64,000 nt of DNA from Camelus ferus (lineage: Eukaryota): assembly GCF_009834535.1 (NCBI RefSeq), contig NC_045697.1, positions 94,180,001-94,244,000 on the forward strand, given 5' to 3'. A program made the position numbers and the translations under genes. Under the pieces are notes generated by a model. The model did no database searches, was not told the origin of the DNA, and saw nothing but the letters and a program-made list of their open reading frames with translations. Below, in pieces: positions 27,904 through 39,430 of this stretch. Within the stretch, counting starts at the first letter, position 1, and each line of letters begins with the position of its first letter.

Positions 27904-28308
27904 TGTATTAGTTGGCTAGGGCTGACATAACGAAGTACCACAAACAACTTTTCTTGGCTTAAACAACAGAGATTAATTGTCCCATATTTTTGGAGACTAG
28001 AATTCCAAAAATCTGGGTGTTGACAGTTGGTTCTTTATGAGGGCTGTATAGGAAAGGATCTCTTCCAGATCTCTCTCATTGCCTTTATGTTCACACGATA
28101 TTCTTCTTGTATGTTTATCCATCTCTAAATGATGTCTTTTTATAAGGACACCAGTCATATGGAAATAGGGTTCACCCTATGACCTCACTTTAACTTGAAT
28201 ACCTCTGTAAAGACTCAAAATTTCACCAGTTAAGTTCACATTCTAAGAGACTGGAGGATTAAGATTCCAGCATATGAATTCTGTGAGGATAAAATTCACC
28301 CCCTAACA
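27904..28308 (-). mobile_element. MaLR solo LTR (MLT1B/C-like)
   Basis: TG...CA ends; tgtattagttggctagggctgacataac...tataaggacaccagtcat...; flanks ttctc/ctctc (4/5 TSD). Confidence 0.88.
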
Positions 28309-28364
28309 CTCTCCATTAGTCAGTTAGCTCCACTAGGATCTCCAGGGCAGATTTGTTTATTAAT

Positions 28365-28365
<1 letters not shown>

Positions 28366-28419
<54 letters not shown>
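28366..28419. repeat. (TATC)13 microsatellite
   Basis: Seen directly; perfect tetranucleotide run. Confidence 0.97.
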
Positions 28420-29367
28420 ATTTCCCAGGAGCATTGTAGATGTTCAGAAACATTTATCAAATGTTATTGAAGTTTGTTATAAACTTGATCAAGAAACACA
28501 AAGCCTATTTTGCAAACAATACATCTGATCTTTATAACATCAAATTAGCTGGAATTGTTTGGAATTCTAGATTCAGTAATCATTTTCTGGCATTCACAAA
28601 ACATGTTTTATTCTTTTTCATTTGTTCATCATAAGCAAATAATAAGCATCCGTTTTACCAAAACTTAGTGTACTGGAACCATAGTACTCGTGAGTTCCTT
28701 TGACATACTGACTAATTTAGAGTCATATAAAACAGGTTTAGTGCCCATTTGTGCCTAAGCATACTGCAGTTATTGACATGCTAACTGTGCATCATTTTTC
28801 TTCTAATCTCTCTGTAGTTGTGTATGGCTTTTGAACTAGACAGCTACCTTAGTCCTTAAATCGCAATGCAGTTTCCTTGATAGGACTATAATAATGCCTC
28901 AGACTCTCATTTTTCTGCGGTCTGGCTTTGAAAACTTTTGTCAGCTTAATGATTCCTACAGGATAAACTGTCTTCTATTTTCTTTCAAATGTTGTATTTA
29001 AAATTTTAAAAAGACAAAGAATCTTTGAAAGAAGCTGAGGGGCATTTTCCCTAAACAACTTTTTTAGCAGGTGGTAAAATAAAGCAATTAACATTGAGTG
29101 ACTTTAGCTCAGATAAAGGTGAGAAACTGGCAGACAACTTCATCTTTCTGGTGGCAATATGTTTGGAAAATGCTACCTCTCTCTGACTCACTTCCTGCGT
29201 AATTAGCCTCAAATCCCTCATTTTTAACCCTAGGCTTTACCTTGAAAGGACCTATGCAGTTACACATTCATTATTCTTAAAATCACTTGTTATTCTTACT
29301 CAAAAGTCAGTTCAAGTCTTTGATAAAAAAAAACTTCAAAATGGACAAAAATAATTCGAAACTTTTT

Positions 29368-29372
<5 letters not shown>

Positions 29373-29412
<40 letters not shown>
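29373..29412. repeat. (TA)20 microsatellite
   Basis: Seen directly. Confidence 0.97.
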
Positions 29413-29414
<2 letters not shown>

Positions 29415-29554
29415 GTGCATGATTCTCAGTTCACTGCCTATAAAGCATGAAATGAATTAACCTTAATCTCTCCAGGGATTTTTTTTCTCTTGACAGATTA
29501 AAAAAAATAACTTGCAATTGAATTTGGTAAGACAATTTAAAATCTATCAGTTCT

Positions 29555-29942
29555 GCATTATAAGCCAGAAAGAGAAAGAAAACTACCATATGATATCACT
29601 TATATGTGGAATCTAAAAAAAGGACACAAATGAACTCAGCTACAAAACAGAAACAGACTTAACAGACATAGAAAACAAACTTATGGTTATTAGAGGGTAA
29701 GGGGGGTGGGAAGGGATAAATCGGGAATTCAAAATTTGCACCTCTTGGGGAGTTAGCTACCTTCATTGTGGTGGTGGTTTCATTAGTGTATACATCTATC
29801 AAAATTCATCATCTGTACATTTGAAATATGTGTAATTTACTGTACAGGAATCATACCACAATAAAGGTGTTAAAAATTCACCAGCAAAAACATAAAAAAA
29901 ATTTAAAATTTTAATTATTTAAAAAATAAAATAAAATAAAAT
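29555..29942 (+). mobile_element. Chimeric L1-mediated insertion: young L1 3'UTR fused to an ancient L1 terminus plus A-rich tail
   Basis: TSD aaaatctatcagttct (29539-29554) / aaaatctatcagctct (29943-29958) at a TTT|AAAA site; junction at 29740/29741. Confidence 0.85.
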
Positions 29943-31289
29943 AAAATCTATCAGCTCTACTGAGAGATTATATTTGTAATTAACATGGATGAAGATCATG
30001 TTAAAAAGAACCATGAAAAAATAATGGCTTACTAAATAATGATTTTATAATACAGTAGCATATAAACCATCCCTGCCTCCTTTCTCTGAGACTATATTCA
30101 CATTTCAACAATCTGAGATTTTTCATTGGAAATGAAAGAATACATGATTCAGATGCCAACACTTAGTCAAGACAACTATCACCAATGATTATTCAGAGGA
30201 ATGTTAGAAACATATTACAGAAAGTAAAATTTAAATAGTATATTCACATAATAACAACTCTTGAATATTGTTTTGAAAATTTTGTTTTGAGAAATACATG
30301 TAGAAAGTAGTGTATAATTGTATCTGGGGTGGGGTGGAAATCATGCCAAGACTGTATTATTTTAGATTGCAAACTTGTGCTCAGCCTTCTTTTTTGATAC
30401 ATCAATCATAAACTATTTATTGTTAAATACTAATAGTAAACAAGTTAATTTATTGATTATACAGAAAGTAAATAGGAGATCTGAAAGTTAAATCTACTAC
30501 AAGAACATTATTTTGCGATATATTTTTATGGGACAAACAAAATCCCAAGTGTAGCTTCATTTTATACTTGTTAGTAAGAAAATAATTCAGATTTTGATTA
30601 ATAACATAGTGTCACTTTGAATTCCATTGACTTAATTTTCCATGGGGACTCAACTTCTTTCTATTAGCTGACATGCTGACATGGTTTGGTACCTTCAATT
30701 AGCTTCGTTCAATTATATGAACTTGTGATTAGAAGAGGCTAACTGTGAGCCAATGTTGTAATTAAATCTTCTAAAAATAGGAGATAATCCAGTTGCATCT
30801 GATAATGTCAATATATACCTGTGATAATGCTAAGTATATATAAATGAACGTAAATAAGTATTTCAAATTTATATAAAAAAGTGTATTTGAAAATAGCATT
30901 ACCAGATCCATCAAACACAATGTTTCTTTGCTCCTAAACATTCAATTCTAAATTGCTGCAAAGATGCTTTTGCACAAATTTTGGTGGAAAGCTTTGTACC
31001 TTTTAGTATACGCTAGAATTGTTCTTCACATTCAAAATATATGAGTCAACTAAATGATTTTTAATATGATATGCCTTTTCTTCATGCTGTTTTGCTTATA
31101 TTAATACAATTTTTCAATCTTTTTTCTATGACAAGTGTATTATATTTAGAATCTTATGCTTTGTTAATGTTATATTCATGAAGAAATTGTAATTGACTCC
31201 ATACCTGCTGCTTCAATAGGAAAGATTTAATTTGCCCCAAATTTTTAATGTCAGCGTAATTTGTTCATTTTTATTGCCACGTCCAAATT

Positions 31290-31370
31290 TGCTAGAGATA
31301 GATATATGTGTATATGTTTATATATGTATGTATATATGTATATACACATATGTATGAGTATGTATATTTA
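31290..31370. repeat. Degenerate (TA)/(TATG) repeat
   Basis: Seen directly. Confidence 0.8.
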
Positions 31371-31779
31371 GATAAATATGATAAATTTTGTGCTTCTTTA
31401 AGATCATATATTTAAAATAGCCCTATATACTCAGTTGATTTGCATGAAAATCTAATTCTAAGATTTCAAAAAATCCTTTTATTTAAATACGAAACAAGTT
31501 AAATGGTTTCCAAATTAGTTTATCTTTCCTTTGATGTAAAACATTGTCAGTGTAACTAGAGAACTAATAGAAATGTAATTATATTAATAAATCAATGAAG
31601 TCTAATTTATTGCATTTATTGTTAGTAAAAATGATGAATATTTTTTGTGAGCATAAGCAGAAATTACTTACATTTTACTTGGAAGATACATTTTAAAAAA
31701 ATCAGTGCATCTCTCCTAAAAAAGACTGATAATGGAAGCTTAGAATTTTGAAAATTTAATACTTAGTAGCAATTTAATT

Positions 31780-32030
31780 GTTATTTAATAATAATTTATA
31801 CGTATTGTGTTTAGCTTATTGCCAGCCAATATGCAAGGTTTTTAACATATCTTACATCATTTAATTCCTGGAACCTTTTGTGCACACTACACAGTTGAAG
31901 GAAATGAGTAGTTCGGTAATATTCCAAAATTACATGACTAGCATGGATAAAAATGGGTTTTAAAACCTGAAAAACCTAAGATTTGAGATGAAAATTTTAA
32001 AGTTTTTATTCACTACTATTCTTTACTGCC
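31780..32030 (-). mobile_element. MIR SINE
   Basis: catcatttaattcctgg...acagttgaaggaaatgag...ccaaaattacatgactag...cactactattctttactgcct. Confidence 0.65.
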
Positions 32031-32719
32031 TCCAGTTTATTTCAACCTTTGTACAGATAAGTAAGTGGAAAATAAGTGCCTTGGAAAAAACTGAGGCAGC
32101 TTGTAATTTGTAACAGGAGTGATATTAAAAGTTTTGCAATACTTACAGCACAGGCACTGTCCTCCAAAGATAGACTCTGTCTATACAGTAGCAATATGTT
32201 TCTATGGTTACTTAACAACTGAATAGCACCACTTAATAACTGTTTATTTTGGGTTAAGACATAAGAAATTGTGATTAAAGGAGAGGCATTTTTTTCTATT
32301 ACACTTTTCTGACTTCCAAGTTTTATCCTTTCAAAAATTCCTCAATATTTGTATAAATTCTTAAAAGGGTTTGGGAAAGAAACACTATACTATCTATATT
32401 TTGCACTGAAGCAATGCTCCGTATATTTCGTAAGTTTCTAATACATTTTGTTGGAATTTTGAACAAGATATTTTCTCTTTTATTATAGATATTTATTGCT
32501 AAAATAAAATTTGGATTTTGAAAATTCTTGTATCAATCCTACCAAATTCTTGTAGCAATCCTACCAAATTTCCTTTTCACTTCTACTAATCTTAAAATTT
32601 TTAAAGTATATAATCAAGTGATGAACAAAATTATCTTCTTTTCTACCATCTATCCATATTGCTTTATTTAATTTTCTCACTGCATTGAGTACCCCCTATA
32701 TTAAATATGGTGAACCCAA

Positions 32720-33095
32720 ATTGTAGGACATACTGTACAGCAACATTTGATCTCTGACACCATGTTTAATGTCAGTATCATTTAGAAAAAAAAGGCTGGG
32801 GAATTCTTACAGATTGAAGTGATGGAGGAGTGATATGAATTTAATAATTACAGGAAAAATTGTGATAGAAGACATTAATGAAAAATGTGACAATATTTGA
32901 ATTTGGATTGCATATTATATAATAATATTTTAGTAACATTCTTGTATTTTACTTATAAGTATATAAATATAGAATATGATAAAGCAAATGTAGCAAAATG
33001 TTAATTGGTGAATCTAGATGAGCATTATAAGGGAGTTCTTTGTAATAATTTTCCAATTTTTATGTAAGTATGGAATTTTTTTAAATAAAAAAGGT
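32720..33095 (+). mobile_element. L1MC4/5-like 3' end
   Basis: atgataaagcaaatgtagcaaaatgttaattggtgaatctagatgag...gggagttctttgta...aaataaaa. Confidence 0.8.
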
Positions 33096-33684
33096 AAAAA
33101 TAATAGTGAGACCTAAGAATTCATTTACTTCCTGATATTAACTTAATATTTTAGTGCTTTCACATTTAATAAAATATTTGTAGTAGGATTTTGTTAAATA
33201 AAAATTTTTAAAGAATACTTTTTGAATTTTATAGGCTTTCAACAATTATTGAACAACTGTTAAAATGTATTAGAAAATGTTAATAGACTTCCGGATACTA
33301 AGCTACACTTGCATTCCTGAAACAACCCTAATTGAGCAATGTATTTAATATATACACAAGAAACAAGTGGAAAATTTAAATAGATTAAAAGCCTTAGGAT
33401 AATTTGAAAAGGCCACAAAAAATGTAGCACTCAAAAATTACGTTAGGACTGAGTGGGTCACTGCTATTTTGTCCTAACTTTAAAAAATAGATTATACTAT
33501 GCTATTAAAAGTATGTTTTGCAATTGTAAAAGAGGACAGGGCTCCAATGCACTTAAAAATCTCAATATAAGAATAGTGTTTAAATAAATAAAAAAAATAA
33601 ATACATGAGCAAGCAAGAAATAGCTATTGAGGAAGGTATACCATCAAAAGATTTGGAGATTCCAGCTGTATACTGCCTTTTGTG

Positions 33685-34280
33685 AGCTGCCCAGTGCTTG
33701 TGCAGTGGAAGCCATAGCAACAGATGTAGAATGAGGGAACCAACAGAGGTTGGGATGCTAACTAGTTGGCTTTCCATATGGTGTTCCATGTACGCAGACA
33801 TCTTAAAGAAGCTGAGTAGAAAACATTATACCCTCGTTTGGAAGATGTACAATGAAGTCCAAGAGGGTGATGTGACTTGCCAGAAGACCTTGGCCACAGT
33901 AGATTCTTGAGGTTGGTCTGAGGAATTCCTTATGAATAGAAGAAAAGTGCCTACTTGTATATTGAGTGCTGAAGTTTTAAAATAATTTTTAAATAAAACT
34001 CTACCTGTCCTTCTCCATTTTTTTTTTTCAATTTTGGAAGAGGTTTTGGACTCTAGGCACTAACTGGTGGAGATCTTTGTACTTGCTGGTTTTTACCTGT
34101 TGGACATAGATGAAGTAGTAGATCCACACTGGACAGTGACAGAGAAGAAGTGGAGAATCAGTTTGTGGAATCCATCAAAAAGAGGAGATGTAGGCTAGGG
34201 TTGTCTGAAGTGATCTTACTTGGAAACAACCTATGTGGATTCTTGCCTGTTGCTTACACACTTTGGTATCTGAATCAACC
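33685..34280 (+). pseudogene. ABHD5: Processed pseudogene of ABHD5 (CGI-58), covering 5'UTR and exons 1-3
   Basis: Translations on + give LTSWLSIWC (parent WLTGWLPTWC), HLKEAE*KTL (HLKEAEEKML), PVLLH, GDLCT, and [40 protein letters not shown] ([40 protein letters not shown]). The nucleophile position is Asn (AAC 34228-34230), which marks ABHD5 rather than ABHD4. The start codon has become ATA (33714-33716), there are stops and frameshifts, and there is no intron at the exon 1/2 junction (33748/33749). Confidence 0.92.
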
Positions 34281-34679
34281 ACATGGCCCTAATCCAGAGA
34301 GAATCACCTTGCCATCTTTGTGAATGAGCAAGAGTTGGGCAAGGCATAGTCACTCCCATGGGTTACAATACAAATGTGCTCCCAGGAGAAGTGAACCACA
34401 CGGGCTCTGCCTTCAACATCGTAATAATCTATCACTTTCATCTCTGATTCTAGTCAAGTAGGTGTAATTTAAGGTGGCAAATCACAAAATATCTGTTTTA
34501 TTTTTATATCTGGATTTTTTTACAAAGACTGTTTCTTCTTATGTAAATGTAATATCACTTCACATTCATTTTGTTACAAATCATCACAGTGAACTATTTT
34601 TTTTCAAGTTGATGTGTATGCAGCTACATTGAGCATGTATTTCGTATATTATTTATTTAGAAAAATATCTATGACTATT

Positions 34680-35500
34680 GAATGAATAGAAGTTGAAACA
34701 CATTAGGTTTGCTGTTCTTTTTCTAATTTCTTGACTTTTAAATAAATGTATTTTTTTCTCATTTGATATTGATAATTTTTGGATTTATATCAGGTTTTGA
34801 ATCTTACAGGTTGTGTTATGTATTACATTTATTTTCTCTATTTCTAATTATTTTGTAAGAATTTTGATTTCTTTTTTTATTAAGGAGTTTAGAAATGTAT
34901 TTTTATTTTTACTATTATTCCATTGTGATAAAAAATATAGTTGGCACTCTTTCTTTGAAAATTAGCTTTTCTTTTATATTTTGTTAGTACATCATAGATA
35001 TTAAAAATGGTGTATGTTAACTCTATTAAATTCCTCGAGTATTCTATATTCATGCATTTCCAAATATTTTATAATGTTATGTTTGTTTGATCTGCTAAAG
35101 ACTTAGAGCTATGCTCATCTCCTGTGACTATTTTGTTTCTGTCCCTTCCTCCTTTTTATTAAAAAAAAATGTTTTGAGTATTTTGATGTCATACAATTTA
35201 ACTTGTAATAGTTTTTCACATTAGTGTATATTTGCTGATATCATGACTTTTAACTTTCTTTCTTCACTTTCTTTTAAGAATGTACCTTGGGAGTTGGGTT
35301 ACATTTTTAGCTGTAATGTTCTTCTTCCTCTCTAGTGTTTGTTCAAGCTGCTCCCGTCTTTTGCAGATGGCCTTTCTGGGCATGCTTTGAGTTGAAATAT
35401 CTTTTCTTGTTTCAAGTATTTTTGCCTCTGTCTTTCATATTTTTTCTTACAATTCTTGGTCCACCACGTAACATTTTCTTGTTTCAGCACTTTAAAAAAC
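34680..35500 (-). mobile_element. Decayed ancient L1 fragments
   Basis: T-rich antisense ORF2-like text (tttgctgttcttttctaatttcttga...). Confidence 0.55.
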
Positions 35501-36915
35501 TTTTTATGTGCTCTTAAATAATCGTTCTCATTTCTAAAAAGAAAGCAAACATGTGTACTTAATCTGCTATTTTGAGCCAATACAGATTGCTATTTCTTTT
35601 CTTGCATATGAACTGTCTTTGAGGAAACTGAATGAAATGAATTTTATGTACTTCAGGTTGAGGTATGAAGTCATCAAGTCTAAGCTGGAAATACACTTGG
35701 AATGTATCTTTGGCTCATGGGACAGTGGACATAATGTCAAGATTTTAAACTATGTTATCTTTTTTTTTTTTTTTTTTTGCCATGGACACAATTGGATTCT
35801 TACTTAGTATGAATGGACTTATTTTACCACATGCATTCCACTCAGAGAAACTTGTACTTCACGTTTCCAAAGAGTTTCATGGTGTTTAAAAGATGTTTAA
35901 GGAAACTATCATATCCTTAAGACTGATGTCTTAAAATCAACTTAAGATTTTAATCATATGTGGAAGAGTTGGTAAATATTACAAATTTGGCATCTATATT
36001 ACATGCATTTGTAGGAGGGATAATAAAAATACTTGGCATTTAATGTGGCACTGGAATCAACTAGTATATTATGGTCAATTGACTAGTCAGAAAAAAGGCT
36101 GAACAGAAATACTGGTATACTGTAATTTTGACTGCTTATAAATTTTTACAATAATTCTGGACTTAAGGAAAGAAATTGTTATGAAAGTTTGCCATTGACT
36201 AAGAGCTATTGTTTTTAACCAGGAAAGTTTCAGAGTAAGTAGCTGACTTAAAAGCAGACATTCAGTTCTCTATTTAGAAGCTGGTACAAAGCCAAGGCAA
36301 TTTTAAGTGAAAAGACAAGCCAGAATTCAATGTCATTTAATTAGGCCACATAGGCAAAATTTATTTTTAACATCAAGAAAAATAGAAGAAAAACAATGGA
36401 TCCACAAAGAGAAAGTTACTGCTCTAAAAGTTATCCTTACCTGAGTTGAATATAGAACTACACTTTACTTTAAAAATCAATCACAATTCCACTTTACATC
36501 ATAAAGTAAACTGTTTTGCAGAATTTAATAGGATTATGCTATTGATTCCATCTGTACAATGCGAGCTGCTATTGCATACCTATGAACTGTGGCCTATTAT
36601 GTTACTGAGCACAAGAGAAAAGGGATTAGTCCATGGGAGAACAAGCAGATTTCATAGCTCCACACAATGTTCACATACCTGTTAACTCAATAGTCATTTT
36701 ATGTTGGTAAATGTCAACCAATAAAACAAAACAAAATTAAAAAGTAGTCTGTTTTAATCCTTGACATATCTGGCTAAGCTGGTTTGAAAAACTCAGTTTG
36801 GGTACCTATTCAAAATTCTGGTGCTGGATATGAATTTTTGCTTCCTTCTTTCTTTTCTTCACAGAGATGAAAATACTATTGAATCATTGATTTCAACTGG
36901 ATATGATTTCATTAA

Positions 36916-37069
36916 CATTTTTTATTGAGGTATCACTGATTTACAATGTTGTGTTAGTTTCTGGTGTGCAGCACAGTGCTTCAGCTACACACACACACAT
37001 GCATATATGCTTTTTCATATTCTTTTTCATTATAGGTTATTACAAGCTATTGAATATAGTTTCCCGTAC
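36916..37069 (-). mobile_element. Short L1 3'-terminal insertion with a 12-bp TSD
   Basis: tttattgaggtatcactgatttacaatgttgtgttagtttctggtgt...tgaatatagtt; tgatttcattaa at 36904-36915 and 37070-37081. Confidence 0.9.
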
Positions 37070-37199
37070 TGATTTCATTAATTTCTGTGATGTCTTCTTG
37101 AGAATCATTTAATCAGAGTAGTCTAGCTATTCCAGCTTATTTTCAGTCTATGTCAAGGAAAAAAGTGATGCTATTAGGGTGTGAGGGTGGGAAAGAAAG

Positions 37200-37509
37200 G
37201 CAGAAGGAATTTTGACTACAATGGAAAAGGCAGTGATGGCAGAAACAGAGCTTGGAGACAGGTACTTTGAAGATGCAGGAAAGGATACATGTCAAGGAAT
37301 ACAGAAGGCAACTAGAAGCTGAAAAGGACATGGAAATGGGTTCTTATCTGGAGCCTCCAGAAGGAAACAGCCCTGTTCAGACCTTGATTTTAGCTCCATA
37401 AAACTCCTTTTGGACTTCTGATCTTCAGAACTTTAAGAGAATAAATTTGTCTAGTTTGTTACTAAGTTGTTTTGGTAATTTGTTGCAGCAACAACAAGAA
37501 GTTAATATA
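37200..37509 (+). mobile_element. MaLR LTR (MLT1D-like)
   Basis: ctagaagctgaaaagg...ggagcctccagaagg...accttgattttagc...ggtaatttgttgcagcaac. Confidence 0.85.
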
Positions 37510-37622
37510 TTTATTCCTCACTTGATCATTGCCCTCCAGATTTACCTTTGGTACCGAAAAAAAAAAAAAGATTTCATTTTGAAATCTGTCAACATTTATT
37601 ATTTATACAATGGGAGTCAATA

Positions 37623-38080
37623 TGTCAGTGTAATTCTACTGGGAAAGCGAGTAACAATTCTGAGTTAGAAATGAAAAAGATTTATTGAGGATGAAGTCTA
37701 TGAAAGTCAAAGGAGAGAGAGAGACATATTAGGGAGAGTCTTCAAATCTGTGATGCAGGTTTGACACCTATGAAAAGACAAGTAAAGAAGAACCATTGGA
37801 TGAGCTACTGATGCAGTTCTGAAAAAATCTCATCCATGCCAACAGGGAACCTCAGAGCAAGGATTACCTATTAGACAAGTCCCATGCTGGCCAGAAACAA
37901 GGCCCCAGCATTGCACCATGCCCAGTTATTAGCAGGAACAGCCTAGAGGAAGTGCATTCTTGCCTAGAACACTATGGTAGATTCTAAGTGTTGTAACCTC
38001 AATTGTCAGCTGATGGCAGTTCGCAGAGCAGGTTTTCTCTTGTAAACATATCCAAGTGGCATACCTACACGACTGCCAGA
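37623..38080 (-). mobile_element. ERVL LTR (LTR16-like)
   Basis: gatgcaggtttgacacctatgaaa...gcagttctgaaaaaatctc; resembles the LTR at 54075-54494. Confidence 0.75.
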
Positions 38081-38719
38081 GTCAATTCAACAAGGTAGGC
38101 ATGCAATAAATATATCTTAAGTAAAAAAATAAATATCCCACTGGAATATTGCAAAAGCCTAAAATTTTCACCTACAATAGTAATTTTTCCCTAATGCTCT
38201 AGCACCTCCACCTTTATATTTATTATTGCCTTTTGTAGAATAGCCTTAACGAACATGTTTCATATTTTTTATTTCCCCAATCATTACATATGTTATATTG
38301 ATTACTTGACATTAGCTGTAAAGTGTTTTCTTCATATTTGTGAGTGTTTATAGATTCATAGCAGGCTATTCAGTTGTCATTCCTAGATTTAGACATGCAT
38401 AATCTAGGCTTTGCGTTTAAATATGATCTCCTAAGTAGACCTTTGATGCTCTTTTATCACACTTTTGTAGTTATCATCTTGGATGGGCTGCCATGACAAT
38501 GGCTGTCCTCACACACTCTAGGTGACTATATTAGTTAAAGCTCAGAGTCCAGTAGTGCCTTGGGTCCATGCTTCACATGGTCAACAGAACTAGCTTTTTC
38601 ATCTTATCGTAAAGGAAAAAAGGCTAAAGGCAAAATAATGATATTCTGACAAAGAAGACCTTGTCAGAGAATGATGCAACCTGGTATTTTATTGATTAAG
38701 AGTCCACATAATTTTACTC

Positions 38720-38868
38720 CCAAGGACCAGATAGCCCATTAGGTTTTGCAGGCCACATATAATCTGTCATATATTCTGTTTTTTTCTTTTCTACAAACTT
38801 TTAAAATACAAACACCATTCTTAGCTTATTGGCCAAACAAAAATGCAGTCCTCTGCCAGATTTGACGT
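38720..38868. mobile_element. MER58-like hAT MITE fragment
   Basis: aaggaccagatag...ttaggttttgcaggccaca...accattcttagct...gccagatttg. Confidence 0.7.
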
Positions 38869-38974
38869 CAGTGAAGAGCCAATAAATAATTGCGTAATTC
38901 TCTAAGAGATGCACAAATGGCAAGAGAGGTCTCCTCAATCTTACAAGTGTATTTATGACCTCTTTCGTTCTTTC

Positions 38975-39430
38975 CCATATTAAGTAAGACTTTATTTGGC
39001 TATGGACAATAGAAAAATCTAAAATAAAGGTGGCACAACTAAGATAGAAATGTATTCCCCTCAGGTAGACTTACAGAGTTTGTAAAATGCAATTCTGATC
39101 CACAAATTCCTTAGGCATCCAGCCTTCTTCAAGCTTACCAGTTTGCTCTCATCCTCTGGATTGAAGACAGAGTATACGTTTCGGGTTGGATGAGGATAAA
39201 CAAAAATATGAAAAAGGGGTAGTATCAAGTGTATGTGAAGAAATATTCAAGGAGGCTTCTCTAAGCACTTATTATCTGTTTGGCCAGAACTTACTGATGT
39301 GGGCGTATTGTAAGGAAAGCTGGCCAATCTGTTGTCTTTTAAACCGGACTGCATTATGCTGAGTCAAATTTCCTATTTCTATGATAGAAGTATAAGACAG
39401 GTTTTAGGGGATAAGCACTGGTTCCTGACA
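38975..39430 (-). mobile_element. Old MaLR LTR (MLT1I/J-like)
   Basis: ttggccagaacttactgatgtggg...gtaaggaaagctgg; ends cctgaca. Confidence 0.6.

Noticed and set aside
33698..33910. 70-aa ORF as a functional ABHD5-derived peptide
   Set aside because: It starts at a non-ATG codon, matches ABHD5 in frame for only about 10 residues, and the parental ATG is mutated.
33833..33922. The ABHD5 insert as a true retained intron
   Set aside because: It ends in AG but has no GT donor or polypyrimidine tract, and it looks MIR-derived.
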